The notes beneath the pieces were generated by a model. That model was given only the letters and a program-made list of their open reading frames with translations, did no database searches and was not told where the DNA came from. A DNA stretch of 61,124 nucleotides, filler included. It is 4 parts of 4 records of this genome, joined end to end, with 100 filler letters (N's around TTAATTAATTAA, not from the genome) between each part and the next. Parts side by side here need not be neighbours in the genome. Positions count along the whole stretch, not along the records: positions 45,241 to 56,743 come from SRR20825010_798; positions 56,844 to 61,124 come from SRR20825010_816; 2 more parts are not named here. The stretch is one strand, 5' to 3'. Shown one piece after another: positions 48,675-59,219 of the stretch. How positions within the stretch are numbered: the first letter of the stretch is position 1; every line of letters begins with the position of its first letter. The position numbers were made by a program, and so were the translations under genes.

Positions 48675-51533
48675 ATGAACGACGAAAATCACCTTTCACG
48701 ATCGTTAATTTTTCTCTACCTGGTCGTTCTCGGCGTAATGGCCTATTTCTACTGGGCTGGAGCGGATAGTTCGATCGACTGGAACATTACCACCCATGCC
48801 GAGCCAACTGAGTTTTCGGCCTACGAATTTCAAAAAGGACCTTTTGAGTTTTCCATTCCCGGTAAGTTTTACTCGCTGACGGAATCGTTCAGCGCTGGAC
48901 CTATTCAGCGTTATTTTACCCGCGACGCGGTATTACTCACGATCACGTGGCTGGGTATCTGCCTGATCTTGGCCGTTGCTACTTTTCTTTCAAGAATTTG
49001 GTTCACCGGCATAGCAGGTTTATTCATCTTCATGTTGATCAATCTGCGGCTGCCATCGGTCGGCCTCTTTGGTTTTTCGGAATATTCCCAATGGGGTAAT
49101 CTTATCCTCATCTGCCTCTTCATTGCTCCGGCTTATGTCTTTCAGACCTATTTTAAGTATACCGGATTAGTAATCCGACTACTGACGTTTGTTGCCTCCT
49201 CTGTGATCGTCGTTTTGTTTTCAGGAGTAGATGTGATCGCCTTTCAGGAGCAAATGAATGTGGGCATCTATTTCAGCATGATTGTGCTGATGTTGCTTTT
49301 TCTCTTGCTGGTAGCCGAAGAAAATATTTTCGCCATCCTTTATCTAATCACCAAAAATCGTGGCGGGGAACACAATGAAAAACACTTCTCCTTTTTCTCC
49401 CTTATTTATCTGGTATTGCTCGGTTTGGTTTACGGTAAAAAGTCGGGGCTTATCCGGATGGAGTTGCCGTTTTTTGATCCGTATATTCTACTTATCATTT
49501 CTTCGTTGGTTGCTCTTTGGAGCATCCGGCACAAAAAAGACATTTACCTGAATCTCATCACCGAGAGCAAGACTGTTCAACTATTGATTGGCATTGGAAT
49601 AGCAGTATTCGGTTACATGGCGCTTTCCTTTAGCCGGGGGAATGATCCTGTTTTTGAAGGGCTCCATTACTTCATCATTTATGCACATCTGGGAATGGGC
49701 GTTTTCTTCTTTCTCTACCTTTTCGTCAACTTCGTCAATCCACTAATCAAAGGACTTCAGGTTTATAAGATCGCTTACAAGGAACAAAGTTTCCCCTATT
49801 TTTCTGCCAGACTTGCTGGGATTGTAGCCATTGTTGCCTTTTTTCTTTTGGCCGACAACATGGCTTTTAAGCTTTTCAAATCCGGGCATTACAATTATCT
49901 GGGAGAGCAAGCTGAAGTAAACAAACAAAATGATCTTGCGGATCAATATTACATTGAGGGAAGCATCTACGGGCTGGATAATCATTTTTCGAATTACAAA
50001 ATCGCTTACCATCAGCTTCAAAAAGGGAAAACGGAAGAGGCTAATCATAAATTTGGTCGGGCTACTTTGCGGTACCCAACACCCCAAAGTTTCATCAACC
50101 AATCGGCCACATATGGGGCTCTGAATCAAGTCACCCCATCGCTGGTTTCGCTTCAGGCAGGGCTAAAACGCTTTCCGGGAAACAGCGCGCTTGTGAATAA
50201 CCTTGGGCTTATTTACATGGATCTGGGTAAGTACGATGAAGCAAGAAGCTATTTCCAACAGTCAAAAAACGGATGGGGATGGAACGATGCAAATACGGTC
50301 AACCTATGGAAAATTGGTCTCGGTGAAAACGTGGCAGAAGATTATAACAAAGGAAACCTGGCCGTAAAAACCAATGTAATTGCACAGGAACTGGCCACAG
50401 AAAGCAACTCCGATTTAGCTTTTCAAATGAATGACCTGGAAGAGGCCTACTCACTGCATAAAAGTGCCTATTTGATTAACAGCGCCTGGTATTTTAATAC
50501 TCCGGAGATAAATAATCAACTCAGCCAACTCGTACTCGGGCCGATGAATGATGGTTTGTACGAAACGAGTCTTCAGACACTGGCCATGGCGGACTACAGA
50601 AGTGGCAATGTGAACAACGCAATGAAACGGCTCGATTTGCTTTATCATCAATCGGACAAAACAAAGGAAGGAAGCTATTTGAATGAACTCGGTTTGCTTT
50701 GCCTGGATCAATATGCCAATGAGCTGGCTCTTGGTTTTTTTGAACGAGCCATTGAGGTGGGAACAGAGCAAGCTACGCTCAATAAGGCCGTTGCACTTTT
50801 GGAAAGTGGGCGATTCACAGAGGCACTAAACTGGATGCAGACAATGGCCATTCAGGATTCCAGCTATGCGACGCTTGCGTCCGATTTCAATAAAATCCTG
50901 AATGCTTCTGAAATTAGTGAGGAACAAAAAGCATTACGTGTTTACTACCGGTATTCAGATTATTCATTAGCCGAACTGACGGCTTTCCTGCCCAATCAAA
51001 CCCCGTTTTATACCCAATCGCTGTGGAGTAAAATCTCGAGAGAGCTACTGGAAAAACAGGATTTCGTTCAGCTGGAAGAGTATTTGTCTGTTTGCAAACC
51101 TTATTTGGAACCTGAAGACTTCAATGATTGTCTGGCTATCATTACTTTGGAAAAGAAGCTGGTTTTCAAGGGAGACCATCCCATTGCCAAAGCCCTGAAT
51201 AAACCCGATTCTATTAGTGCCCGATTGATCTATGAAGAAGCCAACAAGAACGCATTGAATACTCCGCTGGTGCTGGCCGCTGCAAAATATCTGCAGCCAA
51301 AAAATCCTTCGCTCTCCTACGACCTCCTTGTGCATGCCATCGACATCAATCCGGAAAATACAGGCCTTCTCCAGACATATGCTTTCGCTGCGTTGGAGAT
51401 GCGTTTGGGGGAATATGCACTACCTGTTGTGAACAAACTGGAGGGACTGCTTCCTTCTGAATCCTTTGAAAATTTCAAAAGCGCTTTCAATCAACGAAAG
51501 CGGGAATTGGATGAGCAGGCTGGAGCGTGGTAG
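48675..51533 (+). CDS. Polytopic membrane protein with C-terminal TPR-like repeats
   Basis: Many TM segments in roughly the first 400 aa; NNLGLIY..LG.YDEA..YF and LNELG…AL.FFERA TPR patterns. Confidence 0.75.
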   Translation: MNDENHLSRSLIFLYLVVLGVMAYFYWAGADSSIDWNITTHAEPTEFSAYEFQKGPFEFSIPGKFYSLTESFSAGPIQRYFTRDAVLLTITWLGICLILAVATFLSRIWFTGIAGLFIFMLINLRLPSVGLFGFSEYSQWGNLILICLFIAPAYVFQTYFKYTGLVIRLLTFVASSVIVVLFSGVDVIAFQEQMNVGIYFSMIVLMLLFLLLVAEENIFAILYLITKNRGGEHNEKHFSFFSLIYLVLLGLVYGKKSGLIRMELPFFDPYILLIISSLVALWSIRHKKDIYLNLITESKTVQLLIGIGIAVFGYMALSFSRGNDPVFEGLHYFIIYAHLGMGVFFFLYLFVNFVNPLIKGLQVYKIAYKEQSFPYFSARLAGIVAIVAFFLLADNMAFKLFKSGHYNYLGEQAEVNKQNDLADQYYIEGSIYGLDNHFSNYKIAYHQLQKGKTEEANHKFGRATLRYPTPQSFINQSATYGALNQVTPSLVSLQAGLKRFPGNSALVNNLGLIYMDLGKYDEARSYFQQSKNGWGWNDANTVNLWKIGLGENVAEDYNKGNLAVKTNVIAQELATESNSDLAFQMNDLEEAYSLHKSAYLINSAWYFNTPEINNQLSQLVLGPMNDGLYETSLQTLAMADYRSGNVNNAMKRLDLLYHQSDKTKEGSYLNELGLLCLDQYANELALGFFERAIEVGTEQATLNKAVALLESGRFTEALNWMQTMAIQDSSYATLASDFNKILNASEISEEQKALRVYYRYSDYSLAELTAFLPNQTPFYTQSLWSKISRELLEKQDFVQLEEYLSVCKPYLEPEDFNDCLAIITLEKKLVFKGDHPIAKALNKPDSISARLIYEEANKNALNTPLVLAAAKYLQPKNPSLSYDLLVHAIDINPENTGLLQTYAFAALEMRLGEYALPVVNKLEGLLPSESFENFKSAFNQRKRELDEQAGAW

Positions 51534-51561
51534 GCAATTACCGAGCTGGTTAAAATAACGC

Positions 51562-52617
51562 TTACTCCAGCCTCAAAGCAAAACCAGCATTCAAAACCAA
51601 GGTGCTTGCACCAAAACCATCCCTTCCCTGAAAGTTGCGCCTGTTTCCTGTGTAAAATTTTGGTTCAAACTTGAACGAAACATTGTCCTGCGGACGGAAA
51701 TCTACCGCCAGACTCAACACGTGCAAATCAAGTGGTGGTGAAATGGAATTGATCAAAAGCCGATCAGAATCCTTCACGTACTCATACCTTCCCGAAACCC
51801 GAAACTGATCTCTGAGTTGATAACTCACAATTCCTGTAATGAAAAAGACATTCTTGGCGGTTCCCAGAGAATCCTGAGTAGTGAGATCAAAAATCCCCGT
51901 AAGGGACAGTTTCTCCCCTGGCTTATATTGGGCAATAAAATTGTTGTGAAATCGCATGAGATCCGGCCTCACAGAGCTTCGTTCATTGCCATAATAGTTT
52001 CCATAACTTAAAAACAAACGCTCACCGATGGTTTGATCGATAGCCAAACCAAAGGATTTCTTGTTATTCGTTTCAGCAATATTTTGCCAGCCATTAAGAA
52101 TAACCGCGCGGATTTCCGTGGAAGAAGAAGCTGCCCATGTATATTTCAGACCGGTCTGATAATAGGGTGTATACTCTGTAGCCAGCGCCGGAGAGAGCAA
52201 CTCCCGATCCAGGGCAAGGGCACTTTCATACCCAAAATGGCCACCCATAATCCCCACATCCAACCAACTCTTCTCAGTAACCTGATAGCCTACATACGCG
52301 CTATAAATCATTCGGAAAAAAGGGTCTGGTTCGGCTCCATAGTTATTTATGGGATAGGACCCCACCTGCAACGCCAGCTCCGATCGCACTTTGCCTTGAT
52401 TGTAATTGGCCTTCAGCCATGCATGATTGATGTTAAATTCGTTGTGACGATCATACTGTGTGACATAGAGCCGCTGGTTGTTCAGCGGATTGCTCAGGTC
52501 ATAAGTATAGTAGGTGTCGAGATAGGCGCTGAAAGTGATTGGGCTGTCCTGTGCCCAGGAAGGCAAAAACAAAAATGTAAACAGGATAAACCAGAGGTTT
52601 TTTTGGGGTGATCGCAT
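51562..52617 (-). CDS. Outer membrane beta-barrel porin (BBP2/DUF1597-like)
   Basis: Signal peptide; YLDTYY.YD…P, H.GYES, PYYQTG, NGWQ. Confidence 0.75.
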   Translation of the reverse strand: MRSPQKNLWFILFTFLFLPSWAQDSPITFSAYLDTYYTYDLSNPLNNQRLYVTQYDRHNEFNINHAWLKANYNQGKVRSELALQVGSYPINNYGAEPDPFFRMIYSAYVGYQVTEKSWLDVGIMGGHFGYESALALDRELLSPALATEYTPYYQTGLKYTWAASSSTEIRAVILNGWQNIAETNNKKSFGLAIDQTIGERLFLSYGNYYGNERSSVRPDLMRFHNNFIAQYKPGEKLSLTGIFDLTTQDSLGTAKNVFFITGIVSYQLRDQFRVSGRYEYVKDSDRLLINSISPPLDLHVLSLAVDFRPQDNVSFKFEPKFYTGNRRNFQGRDGFGASTLVLNAGFALRLE

Positions 52618-52721
52618 GGGGTGTAGGTTTGATTTGAATCTGGCTAAAGATACAACTTTGCCGATAAATCCAATAGAAGATTATCCCAAGATGGAAGACC
52701 TAAAAACCCAATTTTCCGGAT

Positions 52722-54767
52722 CTAATACGCCCCCAAATACTTCCTGAAAAACCATTCCAGAGAAAGCAAAAACACAATCAGGCCGATGATCCAGAGACTG
52801 TTGATCAATGGAAAGAATTCCTCTTCGGTTCGGATCAGGCTTTTGAAATCGGCTGCTTGCAGTTGCTCGGGGATACCATCTTTCTCATCAAATGAATAAA
52901 ATGTTCCACCCGATTTATTGGAAATCTGCCTCAAGAGCTGGTGATCCGCCTGAAGGTTCAGGCTTTCTATCTGTGTTTGATTCACCAGAAACTCGCCTTT
53001 CTCAGTCAGCAATTTTCCTCCGACATTGGCCGTAGCAACATACCGATATACTCCCTGATTCATGCGACCCAGATTGAAGGCAGCATTCACTTCACTATCC
53101 ACCAATTCATAGGTTTTGGTTTCATCGTTTTCATCCGTAAGCTTCAGGTTGATGGTGTTTCCATAGCTTCGGTCGTAAATTTCATCATACACTTCCGTGT
53201 CGATAAACACCCGATCGGTTTCATTGAAAGTGGATTGTCTTGGCCGTACCACAAATTGCTTTTTGTCCGCTTTGATGCTCAAAAACTGAATGGTTTTCAA
53301 AACGATCTCATCGAAAAGCTCCGATGTTTCATTAAGCCCAGCCTCCTGCAGACGCCACTGCCATAAGCCACTCGCTACCGTCACAGCGCTTTTTTCAAGC
53401 CCATCATCGTAATAAAACATGAGTGGCTTATCTGTCACTATGGAGCCAACCCTCTGACTGATCAACACATCCACAGGCCCACTGATTTTGAAATCCCCAA
53501 ATGGCACAGCCACAGGTGGATATTCATCCATCACTTCCAGATTTTCTGTTTTGAGTTTGTATTTGGAAAAAGACTCAACCAATCCAGGATGTACATTGTC
53601 CGTTTGCCTGCCCCGCTGTTCTATTTTAAAGTAACTCAACGTTTTGTTTAGGCCCGGCAATGAACGCGAGCCGAGAATGAACCAATGACCAGATGCTTCC
53701 ACGTCCGGGTACCGAACACCTGAAAAGGCATTGTGCTCAATCACTACATCGTATTTTTTCTCCGGCTTTTTAGTGGTTACACCCGGAATATAAATCTCCG
53801 TTTCATAGTTGGAGGCCTGCGACAACACCTTTCGAATCGCTGTAATATCCGGATGCGGAGCTGGGGCCAAAATGAGTACGGATTCTTTCCCTTCGATCAC
53901 ATTGATGTAGATATCCTTTCGATTGTTGGCGAAGGAAGATTCTCCATCCTGCTGCTGTAAATCAACAACCAAATGTCTCAATCCGGCTTTATCGGCTTCC
54001 AGGTTAAATTCCAGTACCTCAAGCGGTTTGTTGAAAGGAACGATCTTCCGTTCCAGAATCTGTGCTCCTTCGCGAATGGATAGTTCAATAGGCTGACCGT
54101 CATATCCGTGCTGCTTCAATTCAATCCGTACAGGAAATTTATTCCCCTGATAAGCGATTTTATTGCTCCGGACTTCCTGAATAGAAACATCCTTTGGCGC
54201 CAACGTATCGCCCAAACCGAGCGTATAAACCGGATAGCGATAATTTCGGTATTGTGGCAGGGAACCAACATTGACAATCCCATCACTGGCCAAAACGACA
54301 GCCTTTAGGTTTTCACCTTCATAGGTCGTTTCGATGTTTTTGAGCAAATCACCCAAATTAGTCGTTTTGCTATCAAAAAGGATGGTATCAGATTTTGAAG
54401 CAGAGAAATCCGAATAGGCCACTTCAAAACCACCGGATAATTTATCCATGGTCTCTGCCAGCCAGTTTTTTAGCTCATTCTGATTTTGTTCGGAGCTACG
54501 TAGCGCAATGGATTCAGAGTTGTCAAGGGCAAAAATCACAATAGGCCGCTCCGTATGGTTGACCGAAAGCCGAAGCAAGGGATTTAAAAGAAGCAAAATA
54601 ATCAAGAAAATAGAGGTCATCCGCAGCGCACCAAACAACAAACTCACATTGCGCGACCATGGCAAATTTTTCTTAGAATAAAGCACATAGGCAAGAAGTG
54701 CTCCGGCAAGAACAGCCAGCAACACCCAGCCAAAAGGCACATCAAAAGAATACCAACTATTTTCCAT
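52722..54767 (-). CDS. vWA-domain membrane protein with N- and C-terminal TM anchors
   Basis: LL.LLNP, DNSESI (MIDAS), SDG..N.G, W.WR, EW..RK..G C-terminus. Confidence 0.8.
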   Translation of the reverse strand: MENSWYSFDVPFGWVLLAVLAGALLAYVLYSKKNLPWSRNVSLLFGALRMTSIFLIILLLLNPLLRLSVNHTERPIVIFALDNSESIALRSSEQNQNELKNWLAETMDKLSGGFEVAYSDFSASKSDTILFDSKTTNLGDLLKNIETTYEGENLKAVVLASDGIVNVGSLPQYRNYRYPVYTLGLGDTLAPKDVSIQEVRSNKIAYQGNKFPVRIELKQHGYDGQPIELSIREGAQILERKIVPFNKPLEVLEFNLEADKAGLRHLVVDLQQQDGESSFANNRKDIYINVIEGKESVLILAPAPHPDITAIRKVLSQASNYETEIYIPGVTTKKPEKKYDVVIEHNAFSGVRYPDVEASGHWFILGSRSLPGLNKTLSYFKIEQRGRQTDNVHPGLVESFSKYKLKTENLEVMDEYPPVAVPFGDFKISGPVDVLISQRVGSIVTDKPLMFYYDDGLEKSAVTVASGLWQWRLQEAGLNETSELFDEIVLKTIQFLSIKADKKQFVVRPRQSTFNETDRVFIDTEVYDEIYDRSYGNTINLKLTDENDETKTYELVDSEVNAAFNLGRMNQGVYRYVATANVGGKLLTEKGEFLVNQTQIESLNLQADHQLLRQISNKSGGTFYSFDEKDGIPEQLQAADFKSLIRTEEEFFPLINSLWIIGLIVFLLSLEWFFRKYLGAY

Positions 54768-54781
54768 TCAGATAAATAAAG

Positions 54782-54817
54782 AAGCCGTTTTCAACACACA
54801 TGCGATGTAAACGGCTT
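54782..54817 (-). terminator. Stem-loop between fabG and the vWA gene
   Basis: aagccgttt / aaacggctt arms with T-rich flank on the minus strand. Confidence 0.4.
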
Positions 54818-54840
54818 TTGTAAAATCAGGTTAATTCAAA

Positions 54841-55587
54841 TCAAGTAAGCATACCACCATCCACCTGGATGGTTTGTCCTGTAATATATGAGGATAGTTC
54901 CGAACCAAGGAATACACAAGCATTCGCCACATCTTCCGGCTGACCACCTCTTTTCAATGGAATGGCATCTCTCCAGGTTTGCACCATTTTATCGTCGAGC
55001 GCATCGGTCATTTCTGTTTCGATAAATCCGGGAGCTACTGCGTTGCAACGAATTCCTCTGGAGCCCAATTCAAGCGCGACAGATTTGGTGAAACCCAAAA
55101 TACCCGCTTTCGAAGCTGAATAATTTGCCTGTCCGGCATTTCCTTTTAAGCCCACTACCGAAGACATGTTGATGATCGATCCGCTTCGTTGTTTCATAAA
55201 GGTTCTTGCAGAAGCTTTTACCGTATTAAAACACGACTTGAGGTTCACCTGCATGATTTCATCCCACATCTCTTCAGACATTCTCATCAGGAGGTTGTCA
55301 CGGGTTATTCCGGCATTATTGATCAAAATATCCAACTGACCAAAGTCTTTAACCACTGATTCGATTAGCTCTGCAGCGGCATTGTAGTCCGATGCATCGG
55401 ATCGATATCCTTTGGCTGTAACACCGAAGGCTTCAAGTTCCGCAGCAAGGGCCTCTCCCTTTTCTACGCTGGACAAATATGTGAAAGCGACATTGGCTCC
55501 TTCTTGTGCGTATTTGATTGCTACAGCTCTTCCGATCCCTTTGGATGCTCCGGTAATCAGGGCCACTTTTCCTTCAAGTAGTTTCAT
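54841..55587 (-). CDS. fabG: 3-oxoacyl-ACP reductase
   Basis: TGASKGIG, NNAGITRD, GNAGQANYSASK, APGFI.T.MT, VDGGM. Confidence 0.95.
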   Translation of the reverse strand: MKLLEGKVALITGASKGIGRAVAIKYAQEGANVAFTYLSSVEKGEALAAELEAFGVTAKGYRSDASDYNAAAELIESVVKDFGQLDILINNAGITRDNLLMRMSEEMWDEIMQVNLKSCFNTVKASARTFMKQRSGSIINMSSVVGLKGNAGQANYSASKAGILGFTKSVALELGSRGIRCNAVAPGFIETEMTDALDDKMVQTWRDAIPLKRGGQPEDVANACVFLGSELSSYITGQTIQVDGGMLT

Positions 55588-55623
55588 GCTCTATATTTGG
55601 GTTTATTGGATAACAACTTAAAT

Positions 55624-56733
55624 ATGGCCGTAAAACTATACCATTTGGTTAAAACATATCGCAACTATCTGGCTCTGGTTCTTCCTATTTCTATATTTTA
55701 TGTTTTCTGCGCTTACAATGGTAACCTGCATTCTCCTGACTCTGAATTGTACTTGCTGTTTGCGAAAAATTTTATTGAAACAGGTGAGTTTTTAGGCCCT
55801 CACGGAAATCCATTGATCGTATGGCCGCCTCTTTATATTCTAGCTTTGACACCAGCTGCACTTACTCCCGCCTTTGTTTTTTGGTTACATTTCATCCTAA
55901 TTATCCTCCATCAGCTTATTTGGTTAAAAATTTATCAATCGGTTTTCACACAAAACAGAGGTCTTTTCATTCCATCCCTTTTACTGGGCCTGAACACTTT
56001 GGTTTTGATGACCGCTGTTTATGTGTGGAGCGAAATGCTTTTCATGGTGCTGTTTTCATCCTCCATCCTTTGCCTCTTGCGCTTTCAACATCATTCTGAA
56101 AAAAAATGGTTGGTGCTCTTTGGCTTGAGTTTGTTTCTTTGTCTCCTTACCAGAAATGCAGGTGTGTTTTTCCTCCCAGCTTTCATCGGTTATGGCTGTT
56201 TTCAAATCCTACGAAAACACAGGATCCCTTATTTCAGTGTACTCTTTTTTGCCGCAAGTGGAAACCTATTCTGGAATATTCACAAAATTTTCCTTCTGAA
56301 AAATCAATCCCTTTTAGCTGAGCTGCTACCTGAGGTTTCTTTATTGAGAAACCTCCAACTAGTCGGATCCGAATTGGCTTATAATTTCATTCCTGGATTT
56401 GTTCCCACATGGTTAGCCGCTTTGATCCTTCTTTCATTTCTGGTTTTTTATATCACAACCAATTTTAAGGAACTTCGGCACTTTCCGTTGCTCTTCTGGG
56501 TTTTCATGTCGTACCTTTTAATTTGGTTTTTGATCCCAGCTAGCCATGACGACATGGGTAGGCTGCTTACTCCTATTATTCCGATATTCATTGCACTGGT
56601 TTTTGGACAAATGCAGGATTTTAGGGTAAAAATTAAGGAGAGTTACATTTTCTACGGTATAAGTTATTATCTCATACTATTTTCGCTTATCAGAATAATC
56701 CGAAACACATTAGTGTGGAGTAGTATCATTTAA
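55624..56733 (+). CDS. Polytopic membrane protein, GT-C (PMT/ArnT-like) glycosyltransferase candidate
   Basis: SPDS..Y, WPPLY, WSE..F, LTR.AG, D..R motifs; many TM segments; start uncertain. Confidence 0.6.
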   Translation: MAVKLYHLVKTYRNYLALVLPISIFYVFCAYNGNLHSPDSELYLLFAKNFIETGEFLGPHGNPLIVWPPLYILALTPAALTPAFVFWLHFILIILHQLIWLKIYQSVFTQNRGLFIPSLLLGLNTLVLMTAVYVWSEMLFMVLFSSSILCLLRFQHHSEKKWLVLFGLSLFLCLLTRNAGVFFLPAFIGYGCFQILRKHRIPYFSVLFFAASGNLFWNIHKIFLLKNQSLLAELLPEVSLLRNLQLVGSELAYNFIPGFVPTWLAALILLSFLVFYITTNFKELRHFPLLFWVFMSYLLIWFLIPASHDDMGRLLTPIIPIFIALVFGQMQDFRVKIKESYIFYGISYYLILFSLIRIIRNTLVWSSII

Positions 56734-56743
56734 ATATACAGAC

Positions 56744-56843
56744 NNNNNNNNNNNNNNNNNNNNNNNNNNNNNNNNNNNNNNNNNNNNTTAATTAATTAAN
56801 NNNNNNNNNNNNNNNNNNNNNNNNNNNNNNNNNNNNNNNNNNN
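56744..56843. other. Artificial contig spacer
   Basis: N44-TTAATTAATTAA-N44. Confidence 0.98.
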
Positions 56844-57872
56844 TGAAGGGTAAAACACTTCCAATTCTCCCCGCAGGTTCCATTCAGAATCATATATCAA
56901 AAGTAAATACGTGTTTTCATCCAAATACATTCTCTGCCGGGGATCCTTGATCTCAGAATTTGGCTTCACTTGCTTCACCAAAGTCATCCTCACATTCATA
57001 CCTGTAGCTTGATCGTAAACTAAGCGATAATTTATCGCTCCATCTTCTGGCCTTTCCCATGACCCTGAATTCTTATTACCAATAAACTCTTCCGGGCGAT
57101 AAGTTATCGGTGTCACTGATGCCAATTTCAGACTCTGAATCACTTTGCAATTTTCAATCTGATATAGCGAATCCGAATAGGAAAACATGGCCCAAGAATC
57201 CCCTCCTTCTACCATTCTAACTAGTTGTCCAGATTGAGAAGAATTGACATAAGTTTGATCGTAGGGAGCTTTGAAATCAGTTTTGCAAAGCCAGTTTCCC
57301 TTCTCATCAAACTTCGCTATCCAAGTTCCATAATTCAAGTCAAGACCATCCTCATCTGTTCGAAAAGACATAAAGTTGAATGGATCGAATGTCAACTCAT
57401 ACTCACCATCTGAAATTTGATGCAATGCATTTCCACTCATCGGAAATGAAAAATACCCATTGGCATCAAGGTCGCTCATGTCCAGTTGGACGCTGGTAAA
57501 AACGGTGTCGCTTTTAAACACATTCGTATTCCCCAAATGGTTTGTCGCAATCAATAGGTATGGGTTAAAAGCTTTCGCAACTGGAACACCTCCTTTCAAT
57601 GACATGGGACCTTCTTTTGGAATCTGAAATGAGCCTAATTTCCTACCTGTTTGAGGATCATAGAATTTAAAGATCCCATTCCACTGGGTATATGCCGCCT
57701 CTTTCGAATGATAATCTACAGTACCAAGAAAACCCATAAATCCTGTTTCTGCATCCCGTTCGAAACTCATTTCCCCTGACACGAAGTCTTCAAGTTTACC
57801 CTGAATAGGTTCTTTTTCTTTGGAGCAAGCAAAAAACAGTACGGTCAAAAAAAGTAAGCAGAGGTTTTTCAT
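56844..57872 (-). CDS. DUF4221-like lipoprotein, C-terminally truncated
   Basis: Lipobox FFAC; I.KEGP; Y..LVYD; L.IYD…N..GE. Confidence 0.6.
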
Positions 57873-58260
57873 TTACGAGATTTTAGAAGGATAACTAAAA
57901 ATAGCTAAATAGTCCAAAACTAAAAACCTTCAAATCAATAATTGCAAATTTTTGACTTCTGAGGAAGTAGCCAAAAAAAGAAAAACCCCTATTAGAATTG
58001 AAAAGTTAAGTGATAACCACTTCCGTTGTACCAGTATTAAAAATAGTATTATTCTTATAATCAATGCTAATTCATAGAATTTCAAAGAAAAGTGCTAAAA
58101 GCAATTTTATTATTGCTAAAATGAAATATTTGGCATTTTTATTGGTATGAAGAACATTTTAATACTAATAAGTTTTGATTTCACCCTTTTACCACCCTAA
58201 TCACGACTTATGAACTATTGAAAAAAATATGTTTATACCCACACCCAACTTTAAAAAAAT

Positions 58261-58911
58261 ATGAAAAAATCAATGCGCGCAAAGCTAGGCATGATGACTC
58301 TAGCTGGATCAGTACTCATGGCTTCTTGTAACTCCTTTGTAGAGGAGCCTGCTCAAATTCAACAGGTTACGGACTCAGAACTACTTAGCTCAGCATCATC
58401 TTCTGCAGATCCAAACGCAAAGAAAGCAGTAGAAAGAAGCTACTCTGAAAGATTTACCAATCAACTCGCGCAAGTGGATGAATTTGGAAACTTCACCCCT
58501 TCCTTACCCGCATTCTTTCCAGGAACTGGTGTAGGCAATTCAAGTCATATGGGGAAGGCTCTTTCTTTTCTTAATCAGTATGCTTCCTTCGGAGCCAATG
58601 GTTTAGGAACTGTAGGTGCTCCAGTGACTCAATTTTATTCTGCACAATTAGAATCTTTAGGCATTATTGTAGATAATGCTGATGTAAGTTCTGTGACTAC
58701 AGACGGAAAAGGGAATTCTGTTTGGTTTAAAAATATCCAAAACACAGTTTCTACTTCAAGCGCTGAAAGAAGTGATTTCGTAGCTGATGTGGAAATAGTA
58801 GGTGGAACAGGAAAATTCGAGAATGCATCCGGTAATGCAATAGTAACTGGATATTTCAATCCTACAAATGGTCAAGGAAGTAGTACCATTGAAGGTGAAA
58901 TCATCTATTAA
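58261..58911 (+). CDS. Hypothetical lipoprotein with dirigent/allene-oxide-cyclase-like C-terminal motif
   Basis: Lipobox MASC; G.G…HMG; IVGGTGKFENASG. Confidence 0.7.
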   Translation: MKKSMRAKLGMMTLAGSVLMASCNSFVEEPAQIQQVTDSELLSSASSSADPNAKKAVERSYSERFTNQLAQVDEFGNFTPSLPAFFPGTGVGNSSHMGKALSFLNQYASFGANGLGTVGAPVTQFYSAQLESLGIIVDNADVSSVTTDGKGNSVWFKNIQNTVSTSSAERSDFVADVEIVGGTGKFENASGNAIVTGYFNPTNGQGSSTIEGEIIY

Positions 58912-58930
58912 TTCAGCATTTCAATAGAAA

Positions 58931-58972
58931 AAAAATACCCCCAAAAGTAAGCTACTTTCTGGGGGTATTTTT
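58931..58972 (+). terminator. Intrinsic (bidirectional) terminator
   Basis: aaaaataccccc…gggggtattttt GC stem with A/T tracts, 20 nt after the stop codon. Confidence 0.8.
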
Positions 58973-59040
58973 ATGTCTTTTCCACTCCAAATTTTGGATG
59001 AAAAAGCGAATTGACATAAACTTATTCACCAATCTCTTAT

Positions 59041-59079
59041 AAAAAAACAAAAGCCCCGAATCTAAATCCGAGGCTTTTG
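59041..59079 (-). terminator. Intrinsic terminator for pruA
   Basis: caaaagcc…ggcttttg stem next to an A-run (U tract on the minus strand). Confidence 0.6.
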
Positions 59080-59092
59080 CAACATTTGAGTT

Positions 59093-59212
59093 GTCACCTT
59101 GAGAGTCCCGCATACCTACAGGGATCGAAAGGTCTCCTCGAAGGTTTCATTCTGAAAGTCAACTCAGAGGTCTGTATTTAAGACCTTCGAGGTTTTATAA
59201 ACCTCAAAGGTC
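59093..59212. repeat. Cluster of REP-like palindromes
   Basis: gtcaccttgag…tcgaaagg unit with an internal tccc…ggga hairpin (59093-59134); 14-bp stem gaccttcgaggttt-tat-aaacctcaaaggtc (59182-59212). Confidence 0.6.
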
Positions 59213-59219
59213 AATAGTA

